NCBI GenBank assembly: GCA_049967655.1
Contig: JBMFSH010000017.1
Coordinates: 1 to 58,570 of the forward strand
From: Acidobacteriota bacterium
Lineage (GTDB): Bacteria > Acidobacteriota > UBA4820 > DSQY01
Length of the DNA stretch: 58,570 bases
Direction of reading: 5' to 3'
In this document: positions 8,570 to 18,139 of the stretch, one piece after another
Layout: each line of letters starts with the position of its first letter
How positions within the stretch are numbered: position 1 is the first letter of the stretch
Program-made: the position numbers and the translations under genes
The notes under the pieces: model-generated
Databases searched by the model: none
What the model was told of the DNA's origin: nothing
The model's input: only the letters and a program-made list of their open reading frames with translations

Positions 8570-9111
8570 GCGAGATCGCGAGGGGAGCCCTCCGGAGGTT
8601 GAGCCAGCCGCCGGCCGAACCGGCCGCAACCCTGCCGGCCGAGCTTCACATCCGCGATCTGTCGTTGAACCAGCTCTCCCGCCTGGCCTACCTCCAGACC
8701 GGCGATCCACTGGTGGACCAGGTGCTCGCCATGCTGCGCGCCGGCCGCCCCGTCTTCCTGGACCGTCCGGCGGTGGAGGCCAAACTCGGGATGGCGGAGT
8801 ACCCGCCGCGCGTTCGGGAACAGTTCGCGAGGTGGTTCATCCGCATCTCCGGCTACGGCGTGGCCCTGACCGGCGGCTCGGCCGCCCAGGACGCGCCAGC
8901 CGCGGCCCGAGAGATCCCCCCTGCCGAATGGCCCGCTCGGCAGCCTGCCACCGCCGGGCCCCAGCCCGTCACAAGCCTCACGCTCCTCAGACCCGAAGGC
9001 CAGCTCCTCTCGGAGATCCTGGGAGAGGCCGTGCCCGAACCCCACCCCTGCTACCTGGAGCCGGACAAGGCCTGTTGCGGCTCGGGCCGCTGCAAGACCC
9101 TCGGATTCTAG
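8554..9111 (+). CDS. Hypothetical BMC-associated protein with C-terminal Cys cluster
   Basis: Overlaps the third BMC-P gene; N-terminal amphipathic helix; ends HPCYLEPDKACCGSGRCKTLGF. Confidence 0.7.
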   Translation: MDSRVSEIARGALRRLSQPPAEPAATLPAELHIRDLSLNQLSRLAYLQTGDPLVDQVLAMLRAGRPVFLDRPAVEAKLGMAEYPPRVREQFARWFIRISGYGVALTGGSAAQDAPAAAREIPPAEWPARQPATAGPQPVTSLTLLRPEGQLLSEILGEAVPEPHPCYLEPDKACCGSGRCKTLGF

Positions 9112-9332
9112 TTGTCCAAGAGGGAAGCTCCGCTCCCCTCTTGGCGCTCGGTTCGGCTTCGCCTCGCCTCGCTGAATTCCTCTCGCTGGTGGTTGGCCTG
9201 TGCGGGGGCAGAGCCCGCCGCTCGGCCATTTTCTCGGCATGGGCACGAGAGCGGCCGGCCGGCGCAGCACCGGTTCGCCTCTTCTCGCCTTTCGCTCCTC
9301 GCGTCTAGCGTCTAGCGTTTCGCGTCTCGCGT

Positions 9333-10406
9333 CTAGCGTCCCGCGTCTCGCGTCCCCTCCCACAGCTCCAGACAGGCCTCGAGAACGGCACCGGCGCGAA
9401 CGCCTTCCAGGCACGGGGGCTTGCCGGCGGGCGACGGGCTGCACTCCCTCCAGAAGGACTGGCGGCAGGGCGAGCAGGGCAAGGCGGCGGTGACCACCCG
9501 CAGGCGCTCCGGAGGAACGTAGGGGGCGGTCTTGTGGGGGGCGCCGGGGCCGAAGATCGCCACCACCCTCGTCCCGACCGCGGCGCCCAGGTGCATGGGC
9601 CCCGAATCGTTGCAGACGAGCAGGCGCGCTCTCTCCATGAGGGCCGCCAGCACGGGCAGGCTCGTGGCTCCCGCCAGGTCCACGGCCGACGGGCAGAGTA
9701 AACGGACCCGGGCGTGCAGCGGCCGCTCGGCCTCGGTCCCCACGAGGGCTACACGGCAGCCGGTCCTCTCCGAGAATGCCCTGGCCACCTCGCCGAAACG
9801 TTCCGCGTGCCAGGCGCGGGGGGCCTTGCTGGCGGAGACGTGGAAAAGGGCCAGCGGGCTCCTGGCCAGGCCGGCCTCCGTGAGGATCCGCCCCGCCTCG
9901 GCGCGCTCGCGCTCCCCGATGGGGAAGGCCAGCCCTTCGCCTTGCAGGGAGATGCCGAGGGGAGAAAGCACCGTGGCGAACTGGAGGGCGTGGTGGCGGT
10001 TCCACTCCTCCTCGCCGAAGGGGACCGGATGGGTCAGGAGGAGCGAGCGCCGATCGGTGGCCAGACCGATGCGGACGGGGATGCGGGCCGCGAAGGCCAG
10101 GAGGGCCTCCCTCGCTCCCTTGGGGAAGATCAGCGCCGCGGCGAAGCCCTCCCGCCTGAGTTCCCGGGCCTGCCCGAGGGTGGCCCCGAGGCCCTCTCCC
10201 GCGAGGAAGCGCACCGCCTCCAGCGCCGGCAGCCCCTCCACAGCGGCCCGGACCTTGGGCTTGACCAGGGCCTCCAGCCTCAGGTCGGGCCGGGCGCGAC
10301 GGAGGGCGGCCAGGGCGGGGGTGCAGAGGATCACGTCCCCGATCCAGTTGGGCAGCCGAACTAGGACGCGGGCCCCTTCGGGCAGATCGAGGGGCCGCCG
10401 GACCAT
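9333..10406 (-). CDS. waaF: Glycosyltransferase family 9 (LPS heptosyltransferase II-like)
   Basis: VRLPNWIGDVIL, CNDSGPMHLGAAVG, AIFGP; ATG overlaps the upstream stop (ATGA). Confidence 0.8.
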   Translation of the reverse strand: MVRRPLDLPEGARVLVRLPNWIGDVILCTPALAALRRARPDLRLEALVKPKVRAAVEGLPALEAVRFLAGEGLGATLGQARELRREGFAAALIFPKGAREALLAFAARIPVRIGLATDRRSLLLTHPVPFGEEEWNRHHALQFATVLSPLGISLQGEGLAFPIGERERAEAGRILTEAGLARSPLALFHVSASKAPRAWHAERFGEVARAFSERTGCRVALVGTEAERPLHARVRLLCPSAVDLAGATSLPVLAALMERARLLVCNDSGPMHLGAAVGTRVVAIFGPGAPHKTAPYVPPERLRVVTAALPCSPCRQSFWRECSPSPAGKPPCLEGVRAGAVLEACLELWEGTRDAGR

Positions 10407-11542
10407 CAGTGCCCCCGCAGGGAAAGGAGGTAGAGCAGGAGGAGGACGAGGGCCGCCGCCGCGGAGGCGAAGCCGATCTTCACCCAGGACCACGGCTTTT
10501 CGCCGTAAAGCGCCCCCGTCTGGCCGTTGACCACGAAGGGAAAGACCCGGCCCTTGTACTGGAAGGAGCCCACCCACAGGGGGCAGAGGAGGTGCTTGAA
10601 GGTCTGCTCCGAGAGGGTCATGCGCACCACCAGATTCTGGTGGGTGTCGCCCGGCACGTCCCGGCCGCAGCGCTCCTCCTGGTCCGCCTGCATGCTGTTT
10701 CGGGCGATCTGGTAGACCATCTTGAGGGGCATGTCCGCGTTGAGGATCCCGAAGCCGGCGAGGACCATGGGGTTGTAGGGGACCAGCCCCTTCATGTCGA
10801 AGGGATAGACCTTGAGGACCAAATCGAGCCTCTCCTGCTGGACCGCGGGCACCAGCACGTCGTCGTAGCGGTCGGTCCGCTCGCCGCTGGCGGGCTCCCA
10901 GCGGATCTTCTGGACCGACTGATCCCGCCAGACGGTCCCGCCCTCCTCCTGCACGGCAACCCGCTCGACGACGGTGTAGGTGTAGCCCGCCAGGGCCGTC
11001 CAGAGGCTGTGGGCCAGGGCGTCGAAGGTGAAGAAGGGGAGGTAGAGCCCCAGGACGCGGTCCAGCTTGCTCATCTTCTTCAGGTCGTTGGGCCGGAACC
11101 AGCCGCTGCCGATCCACGACCGGAAGCGGCTCTGGCTGGCCGCCTTGTCCACGTGGAAGGGGATCACCGACTCGGGCCGGATCACCTCCGCGGAGGGCTT
11201 TTGAGCCTCCAGGACGTAGGCCGAGCCGCAGAAGGGGCAGGTGAGGTCCCGCCGGCCCGGCGGCACCTGGATGGCGGCCCCGCACTGGTGGCAGGAGAGC
11301 TGTTCGAGTTCGACGCCGTAGCCCTCGCTCTTGGGGTGCTCCTCCAGGAAGGAGAGGAGGTCGTGCTCCTGAGCCTTGAAGCCCGGTTGCGCGGGCACGG
11401 GGATGAGGGAGTCGCAGTAGGGGCAGCGCATCTCCTGGTGGGAGGGGTCCCACTCCAGTTGCCCTCCGCACTTGGGGCAGGGGAAGAGCTGGGCCTCCCC
11501 CGCCACGGTGGTCCCCTTCGGATCAGGCGGCTGTGCGTCCAT
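10406..11542 (-). CDS. Zinc-ribbon membrane-anchored protein of unknown function
   Basis: CPKCG, CPYC, CHQCG, CPFCG; PESVIPF; YLPFF; VNGQTG; C-terminal TM helix. Confidence 0.8.
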   Translation of the reverse strand: MDAQPPDPKGTTVAGEAQLFPCPKCGGQLEWDPSHQEMRCPYCDSLIPVPAQPGFKAQEHDLLSFLEEHPKSEGYGVELEQLSCHQCGAAIQVPPGRRDLTCPFCGSAYVLEAQKPSAEVIRPESVIPFHVDKAASQSRFRSWIGSGWFRPNDLKKMSKLDRVLGLYLPFFTFDALAHSLWTALAGYTYTVVERVAVQEEGGTVWRDQSVQKIRWEPASGERTDRYDDVLVPAVQQERLDLVLKVYPFDMKGLVPYNPMVLAGFGILNADMPLKMVYQIARNSMQADQEERCGRDVPGDTHQNLVVRMTLSEQTFKHLLCPLWVGSFQYKGRVFPFVVNGQTGALYGEKPWSWVKIGFASAAAALVLLLLYLLSLRGH

Positions 11543-11552
11543 GACCTCCCCC

Positions 11553-12533
11553 TCAGAGGACCCCGTGCTCGGGCCGGCGCCCCTCGAGCACGGCCAGGCA
11601 GTCCGTCACCGCCATCCTCGCCATGGCTTCCCTCACGCCCTCCGTGGCCGAACCCAGGTGGGGCAGGAGGAGGACGTTGGGCAGCTCCGTCAGTCCCTCG
11701 GCCAGCGCGGGCTCCCGCTCGTAGACGTCCAGGCCCGCCCCGAAGAGGCGCCCCTCCCGCAGGCACTCCACGAGGGCCTCCTCGTCCACGACGGGCCCCC
11801 GGGCCGTGTTCACCAGGATGGCGCCCGGCTTCATGGCCAGGAGCCTGCGCCGGTCCATGAGGCGGCGCGTTTCGGGCGTGAGCGGGCAGTGGAGCGACAC
11901 CACGTCGGCGGCGGCCAGCAGCTCCTCCAGCGGGAGGTGCCGCGCGCACAGCGCGCTCTCCACCGACTCCTGAAGGCGCCTGGGCTGGGAGTAGACGACG
12001 CGCATGCCGAAGGCCGGGGCCCTGCGCGCCACGGCCCGTCCGATGTGGCCCATGCCCACCACGCCCAGGATCTTGCCTCTCAGGTCCACGCCCAGCAAGA
12101 GATCGGGCGCCCACCCGGCGAATCCGCCCGCGCGCACCAGGCGCTCCCCCTCCCCGATGCGGCGAGCCACCCCCAGAATCAGGGCCCAGGCCAGATCGGC
12201 CGTGGCCTCCGTCAGCACGCCGGGGGTGTGGGTCACCACGATCCCCCGCTCGCGAGCCGCCTCCAGGTCGATGTTGTCCGTGCCCACGGCCACGTTGGAC
12301 ACGACCTTGAGGCCGGGGCAGGCCTCCAGCACCGCGCGGGTGACCGGGTCCGTCAGGAGGGTCACGGCACCGGCCGCACCGCGCAGGGCGGCGGCCAGCT
12401 CGGCTTCGCCGAGGAGCCCCCGGCGGCGCATGACCTCGACCCGCGCCCGTCTTTCAAACAGGGCGAGCGCGCCGCCGGGAAGGGGCGCCGTGACGACCAC
12501 CCGGGGCAGCTTGCTTGGTGTCTCGTCCTTCAT
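11553..12533 (-). CDS. D-isomer-specific 2-hydroxyacid dehydrogenase (glyoxylate/D-glycerate type)
   Basis: TPGVLTEATAD, GMGHIG, VNTARG, GLDVYERE, PHLGSAT. Confidence 0.92.
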   Translation of the reverse strand: MKDETPSKLPRVVVTAPLPGGALALFERRARVEVMRRRGLLGEAELAAALRGAAGAVTLLTDPVTRAVLEACPGLKVVSNVAVGTDNIDLEAARERGIVVTHTPGVLTEATADLAWALILGVARRIGEGERLVRAGGFAGWAPDLLLGVDLRGKILGVVGMGHIGRAVARRAPAFGMRVVYSQPRRLQESVESALCARHLPLEELLAAADVVSLHCPLTPETRRLMDRRRLLAMKPGAILVNTARGPVVDEEALVECLREGRLFGAGLDVYEREPALAEGLTELPNVLLLPHLGSATEGVREAMARMAVTDCLAVLEGRRPEHGVL

Positions 12534-12667
12534 GAGGTTCTCCCACCGAAGAAGACAGGGAAAGCGAGAGAGAGCGATTAAGCGATTAAGCGATTGGGCG
12601 ATGAAGCTATGCCAACCGGTATCTCCTCACCTAATGCCCGTCGCTCCTCGCTCCGCCGCCTCCTCCG

Positions 12668-15607
12668 TCACCACAGCTTCAGCACCACCAGCGCCACGGT
12701 GTAGTCGTGCCGGACGGGGGCGATGTCGCTCTGCAGCGCGTACCCCACGTCGAGGGTCCAGTAGGTCTCCCAGGGTCCCGTCACGGCGGCGTTCAGACCG
12801 AGGCCCGTGTGATTCTGCCAGAGCCCGCTGCCCCGGATCGGTTCCACTCTGGCCCGGTCGACCTCGATCCCCAGCTTCAAAAGCTTGGCCAAGTCGAAGT
12901 CGTAACCGGCGGTGGCAATGGCTCCCCGGTCGAAGCGGACGCCGCTCCCGGCGAACCCGGCGAGCGAGGGGCGGCTCAGGTAGCTGAACTTATACTGGCT
13001 GAAGCGGTCGAGACTGCTGCCGTCCAGCCACTGCACCCCCGTGGAGATCTTCTGGAAGTAGGGCAGGTAGAAATTTTTGCTCAGGGCCACGTTCCAGAGG
13101 GAGTAGTTCTTGTAGTCGGAGGCGTTCTTGTTCTGGCCGGGCAGGCCCCACGGCTCCCAGGAGGTGCGGTGGTGGGCCATGGCCTGGACGTCGGCCGACC
13201 ACCCCTTCCAGGCGAAGGTGTAGCCGAGGCCCGCCGCTAGATCGCCGTGGTCCGACGGCAGCCGGAAGTTCCAGGCCGTCTGGGTGAGCTTGGAATAGCG
13301 GTAGTAGGTGGCCTCCACGTCCAACGAGAGCTTGGAGTAGTCGTCGATGCGCCAGCCCAGGTTGCCGGTCACATACTCGCGCAACACGTCCACGCGCTCG
13401 TTGCGGGCCTCCACGCCGCTAGGGTAGTAGCGGTCCTGGAAGGGAATGAGAAAGAGGTAGCCCACGAACCCGCCGTCGATCCTGGGAAAGAGGTTGACCT
13501 TGGAGAGGGTGAGGGTATTCACGGCCCCGGCCAGGAAGAGGTTCACCTGCGTCTGCGTGTGGCGCCAGTCGTAGTTGAAGTAGTTCACCCCGGCCAGCGG
13601 CGCCGGATAGGAGAGGCTCTTGTCCCAGTAAGTGCCGCCCACGGCGAACCAGCGGCTCGCCTGCGGCTGGCTCTCGATCTTGCGCTCCCCGTTCTTCTCC
13701 TTGACGAGGTAGCGCAGCCCCTTGGCCGTCTCCTGCAGCATGGGCTTGTCGCTGGCCTCGGCCTGGGCCACCTCCTCCTGGAAGGTGGGGACGTTGATGG
13801 CCACGTGGGAAAAGCGGATGGAGCGTTCGGCCATGATGTTCTCGCCGCCCACGGAGAAGAGCTGCTGCCCCTGGACGCGGCTCAGGAGCCAGTAGGTCTT
13901 GCCGTCGGGGCCCGTGAAGGGGGCGTAGAAGTCCGTCTCGTCGTTGCTCACCATGGGCTCTTGCAGGCCCTTCTGGCTCACGGTCATGCGGATCTTGGCG
14001 AAGGTGCGCTGGTCGATCCAGACCCTGCCGGAGTAAACGCTGCCGGTGGCCGTGGGCAGGGGGACGAACTCCACCTCGTAGCAGTCGTGGCCGTCCACCC
14101 GGGCGCGGCCCACGTAGCGGTACGCGTAGTCGTGGCCCAGGGTGAGGGCCAGGGGCAGGGTGTTGACCTTCTCCGGTTCCACGATGGGCAGCTTGGGGAT
14201 CTTCTTTCCCTTCCACGCCACGCCGTCCACGAAGAGCTTGTTTTGAACCCACCGGGCTCCCACCCCTTTTTCGTAAAAGAAGGAGTTCTGGAAGGCCACG
14301 TTCAGGCTCCAGGTGCCGCCGGGGAACTGGAAGTGGTAGTCCACCTGGGCGTCGCTGGTGTAGTTGTCGAGAAAGACCTCCTGCGCCTCCTGGACCGCCT
14401 GGTAGCGGGCGATGATCACCTCCACGGGGATGGTGTAGGTGGTGGAGACGGAGAGCTTTTCCTCCCCCACCGTGCCCGTCTTGAGCCGGCCGAAGAGCAC
14501 CAGGAGCGGCCGTCCGTTCCAGGGCACGTTCAGCACCGTCTCCTGCCTCTTCTGGTCGGCCTTGTAGCCGAGGGAGACGGCCTGGCCCGAGGGCAGCGGG
14601 TAGGCCTCGGGATTGGTGAGGTCGGCCGTGGGCAGGTGGATCTCCAGGGCCGCGGCCCTGGAGCCCGCCACCGTCGGCACGAGCACCATCCCCTGCACCA
14701 TGGTATCCGGGTCCAGCAGGTTGATGAGGCCGATGTCGGGCCGGGGGCCAGAGCTGTCCCGGATGGAGGTCGCCTCGGTGGCGAAGCCCGGGCCCATGCG
14801 CGGCGTCAGCCTCTCCCGCAGATCCAGCAATCCTTCCCAGACCGCCGGCAGGTTGCCGGCCTCCACGTCCGTGTAGGGCACCCCCCGGTTGGCGGAGACC
14901 AGGACCAAGAGCTGGGCGGCGATGGCGTTCTCCACGCGCGGCAGGTGGAGCAGCAGCGGTGCGCCCAGGTGGTGGGTCTGCAGGAAGTGCACCACGTCGT
15001 GGGAAACCTCCCCGGTGGGCCCCTCGGCCTCCGAGCTGTAGCCCTCCACGTAGGCGCTGAAATTGTGCGCGTAGAGGGGTTTCAGGACGGGCAGTTCGGC
15101 CGGGCTCACCTCGCCCAAGAGGATGCGCGCCCCGCTCTTGCCCCGCAGCGCCACGGTAAGCTCTTTCATGGTCAGGATCGCCTGGTCGACGGGCTCCTGC
15201 TGCACGGAGGCGAATTCCTCTCCGTTCAGCGAGAGGTCGAGGGCATCAGCGGTGGAGCCGGCGTGTTCGGAGAGGGTGACGAGGTAGGCCAGGGTGCCCT
15301 TGCTGGCAGGGCCGCCGGGGAGCTGCGTCGTGACGCAGAGCCGGGCGTGAGCCTCGTTCACCGCCTTCACGACCGCATCGAAGGCCGGCCAGTCCGGGCT
15401 CTTGGCCCACGCCGACGGGACGGCCAGGGTCACCCCCACGGGATTGGCCGCCGCGCTCGGGTGGGCGGCCAATTCGCCCTCCAGGGCAACCCATTGGTCT
15501 GGGGGCACTCTCACCCCGAACTTGAGGTCCTGCTGGGGATAGCGGTCCTGGGCAGCCGCAGCCAAGGCCAGCCCGAATGCCACAAGCAACATGAGCCCGC
15601 GCCGCAT
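12668..15607 (-). CDS. Large secreted/outer-membrane protein of unknown function
   Basis: Signal peptide MRRGLMLLVAFGLALAAAA; LolA/RseB-like segment (DGHDCYEVEFVP...GRVWID); beta-strand-rich C-terminus ending in W. Confidence 0.7.
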   Translation of the reverse strand: MRRGLMLLVAFGLALAAAAQDRYPQQDLKFGVRVPPDQWVALEGELAAHPSAAANPVGVTLAVPSAWAKSPDWPAFDAVVKAVNEAHARLCVTTQLPGGPASKGTLAYLVTLSEHAGSTADALDLSLNGEEFASVQQEPVDQAILTMKELTVALRGKSGARILLGEVSPAELPVLKPLYAHNFSAYVEGYSSEAEGPTGEVSHDVVHFLQTHHLGAPLLLHLPRVENAIAAQLLVLVSANRGVPYTDVEAGNLPAVWEGLLDLRERLTPRMGPGFATEATSIRDSSGPRPDIGLINLLDPDTMVQGMVLVPTVAGSRAAALEIHLPTADLTNPEAYPLPSGQAVSLGYKADQKRQETVLNVPWNGRPLLVLFGRLKTGTVGEEKLSVSTTYTIPVEVIIARYQAVQEAQEVFLDNYTSDAQVDYHFQFPGGTWSLNVAFQNSFFYEKGVGARWVQNKLFVDGVAWKGKKIPKLPIVEPEKVNTLPLALTLGHDYAYRYVGRARVDGHDCYEVEFVPLPTATGSVYSGRVWIDQRTFAKIRMTVSQKGLQEPMVSNDETDFYAPFTGPDGKTYWLLSRVQGQQLFSVGGENIMAERSIRFSHVAINVPTFQEEVAQAEASDKPMLQETAKGLRYLVKEKNGERKIESQPQASRWFAVGGTYWDKSLSYPAPLAGVNYFNYDWRHTQTQVNLFLAGAVNTLTLSKVNLFPRIDGGFVGYLFLIPFQDRYYPSGVEARNERVDVLREYVTGNLGWRIDDYSKLSLDVEATYYRYSKLTQTAWNFRLPSDHGDLAAGLGYTFAWKGWSADVQAMAHHRTSWEPWGLPGQNKNASDYKNYSLWNVALSKNFYLPYFQKISTGVQWLDGSSLDRFSQYKFSYLSRPSLAGFAGSGVRFDRGAIATAGYDFDLAKLLKLGIEVDRARVEPIRGSGLWQNHTGLGLNAAVTGPWETYWTLDVGYALQSDIAPVRHDYTVALVVLKLW

Positions 15608-16031
15608 GAGGCGTCTCCTTTCTGCGTGACCTTTCAACGATCCTCCCGATCGGGGCACCATTATAGCGCGAACGGGCGGGGCGGTGGGGGGACAAGGGAC
15701 AGGACAAGGAAAGGCGAGACAGGGAAAGCGGCGGCCTCTGGGGGGTTCGGGCTTCGCGATCCAAGATCCCTCGTGCCTCGGTGGCTTCGTGCCTTGGTGG
15801 TAGATCATAGCTGCCCAAAATAATTTCAGCTCGCATTTGAAGAGCTTGCCTTCCGGAGCGAAGCGGAGGAAGGCGCGTCCCGGCGCGTCGCGCGGGGGCG
15901 CTCCCCAAGAAGGGGCTCGGCCGCCCCTCCTCGGCGCTCCTCTGGCGTACGCCAGGGGAGCTGCTCCTCCCTGCCCTTGCGAGGGCGGCCCTCTGCGCGG
16001 GGAAACCTCCCCGTTTCCCCGGACGCGCAAA

Positions 16032-16054
16032 GGCCCGGGATTGGCTCCCGGGCC
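16032..16054 (-). terminator. Possible intrinsic terminator of the ferredoxin gene
   Basis: GGCCCGGGA-ttggc-TCCCGGGCC stem with only a short T run on the minus strand. Confidence 0.35.
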
Positions 16055-16085
16055 CCGTTTCCCAGCACCCCTTGAGGGGCGGCGC

Positions 16086-16319
16086 CTACTCGCCGTCGTT
16101 GCCGATGGCGTCCACCGGACAGGAGGCCTTGGCGTCCTCGCAGAGCTGCTCCTCCTCGGCGGTTTCGGGCTGCTTCGTCACGAAAGCGTGGCTCGAGTCC
16201 TCGTTCATCACGAAGTGGTCCGGCGCGATGGAGATGCACGAGTCGCACGCGATGCAATTTTCATCCACGTACCACTTGCCGGGTACGCACTCTTCAACCT
16301 TCAGGTTCACGTCGGCCAT
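16086..16319 (-). CDS. Single-cluster ferredoxin
   Basis: WYVDENCIACDSCISIAP...CPVDAIG; RBS GGAGG. Confidence 0.9.
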   Translation of the reverse strand: MADVNLKVEECVPGKWYVDENCIACDSCISIAPDHFVMNEDSSHAFVTKQPETAEEEQLCEDAKASCPVDAIGNDGE

Positions 16320-16506
16320 GTGGAATCCTCCTAAGCGGGTCCGATGGGTCCGAGAGGGCTCCCCCTCCTCGATCAAAAGGAGGCAATATAGCCTTCCCCC
16401 CCCGGGAAGTCAAGCCGGTGAAACGGCTCCCCTTGGAACCGCTGTTTCTGGCCCTCGCCGGCCGTCCCGTCTTCCGCCAGAGGAGCTTTCGCGCTACCCT
16501 TGCGGT

Positions 16507-17853
16507 ATGGCGAAGGTATTGATCGTCGACGACGAGGCGGCCATTCGGGAAACCCTGCGGGGCATCCTTGAGCGGCAGGGCTACGCCGTCGTGGAGGCGA
16601 CCAGCGCCCGGGCGGGCATCGCGGCGCTGGAGGCGGAGGCGCCGGTGGACGTGGCGCTGGTGGACCTGCGGCTTCCCGACCTCGACGGCACGGCGGTCCT
16701 GGATGCCTCCCTCGAACGGGGGCTCGCCACGCCCGTGGTCATGATCTCGGGCCACGGCTCCATCCCGGCCGCCGTGGACGCCGTGCGCAAGGGGGCCTAC
16801 GACTTTCTCGAAAAGCCTCTGGACCGCGAGCGGCTCCTCATCGTGCTGCGCAACGCTACGCGTCAGTCGGCCCTGGAGCGCCGGGCCGCGGAGGAGGGCG
16901 AGTCGGGGTTTCTCACCGCCTCACCCCTGATGAAGGCCGTCCTCTCGGAGGCGCAGCGGGCCGCGCCGTCCTACGCCCCCATCCTCATCACCGGAGAGAC
17001 GGGATCGGGCAAGGAGGTGCTCGCGCGCTGGATCCACCGGCAGAGCCCCTGGTCCACCGGGCCCTTCGTGGCGCTCAACTGCGCCGCCCTGCCCGAGAAC
17101 CTCGCCGAATCGGAGCTCTTCGGCCACGCCCGCGGGGCCTTCACGGGCGCGGAGACCACGCGCAAGGGCAAGTTCCTCACCGCCGACGGGGGCACCCTCT
17201 TCCTGGACGAGATCGGCGACCTGCCCCTCGCGGTGCAGGCCAAGCTCCTGCGGGTGCTGGAGGAGGGCGTCGTGGAGCCCGTGGGCTCGGACCGGCCCGT
17301 CAAGGTGCGGGTCCGGGTCTTGGCGGCCACCCACCGGGATCTCAAGGCCAAGGCCAAGGAGGGAAGCTTCCGGGAGGACCTTCTCTTCCGCGTGTCGGGA
17401 TTTCCACTCCACGTGCCTCCGCTGAGGGAGCGGCCGGAGGACATCCAGCTCTTGACGCGCCGGTTCCTGGCCGAGGCGCGGGTCCGGCAGGCGTGGCCCA
17501 ACGGCGAACCCACGCCGGCCTTCCTGCGGGTCGTTGCCCGCCACACCTGGCCGGGCAACGTGCGGGAGCTCCGGTGGGCCGTGGAAAGGGCTGTGCTGCT
17601 GGCCGGCCCCGCCATGCCGGGCCCCGAGCACCTTCCGCCTGAAGTGCGGTTCGGCCAGGGTGAAGCGCCCTCCGGTTCCCTCGTGGAGGCGCGGCAGTTC
17701 GCGGAGGCCCAGGCCATCCGCCAGGCCCTGGAACAGGCCCGGGGCAACGTCGCCGCCGCGGCCCGGATCCTCACCCTCAGCCGCTCCCGGCTCTACGAGC
17801 GCCTGGGCGAACTGGAGATCGACCCCGCTCCCTACCGCCGTCGCAAGGGGTAG
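16507..17853 (+). CDS. Sigma54-dependent response regulator (NtrC family)
   Basis: REC domain (LIVDD), GETGSGKE, GAFTGA, LFLDEIG, WPGNVREL, Fis-type HTH. Confidence 0.93.
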   Translation: MAKVLIVDDEAAIRETLRGILERQGYAVVEATSARAGIAALEAEAPVDVALVDLRLPDLDGTAVLDASLERGLATPVVMISGHGSIPAAVDAVRKGAYDFLEKPLDRERLLIVLRNATRQSALERRAAEEGESGFLTASPLMKAVLSEAQRAAPSYAPILITGETGSGKEVLARWIHRQSPWSTGPFVALNCAALPENLAESELFGHARGAFTGAETTRKGKFLTADGGTLFLDEIGDLPLAVQAKLLRVLEEGVVEPVGSDRPVKVRVRVLAATHRDLKAKAKEGSFREDLLFRVSGFPLHVPPLRERPEDIQLLTRRFLAEARVRQAWPNGEPTPAFLRVVARHTWPGNVRELRWAVERAVLLAGPAMPGPEHLPPEVRFGQGEAPSGSLVEARQFAEAQAIRQALEQARGNVAAAARILTLSRSRLYERLGELEIDPAPYRRRKG

Positions 17854-18139
17854 GCGGAAGGCCAGAATTCAGAAGGCGAAAAGAAAAGGCAGACCACAGA
17901 GGCGCAGAGGCACAGAGAATAGGGGGGGAATCTGCCGGGATCTCGCCCGCGATTCTCTCCGGGGAGCCCGTTGCGGGCAGCCCTCGGAACGACGGCCACG
18001 CTGTCCATGCGGCGTCATCCCGCCCGTGTCAGGAGCCTTTTGCGGAGTTGCCTCGGGATGACGCCGTGGGAAGCGTCTCACGTCTCGCGCCTCGCGCCTC
18101 CCTCCACCGCCCCACGCCCCCGTGGTATCCTGAGCCTCC

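Noticed and set aside
13247..15823. Long antisense or alternative-frame ORFs (also 251-1876, 24785-27292, 37435-39297, 45539-47524 and others)
   Set aside because: Shadows of real genes caused by high GC3; no recognisable motifs.
15608..16030. N-terminal ORF-track extensions (also icd, selA, waaF, the 16072 and 27732 ORFs)
   Set aside because: Extensions run through repeats or neighbouring genes; downstream starts with RBS and domain boundaries fit better.
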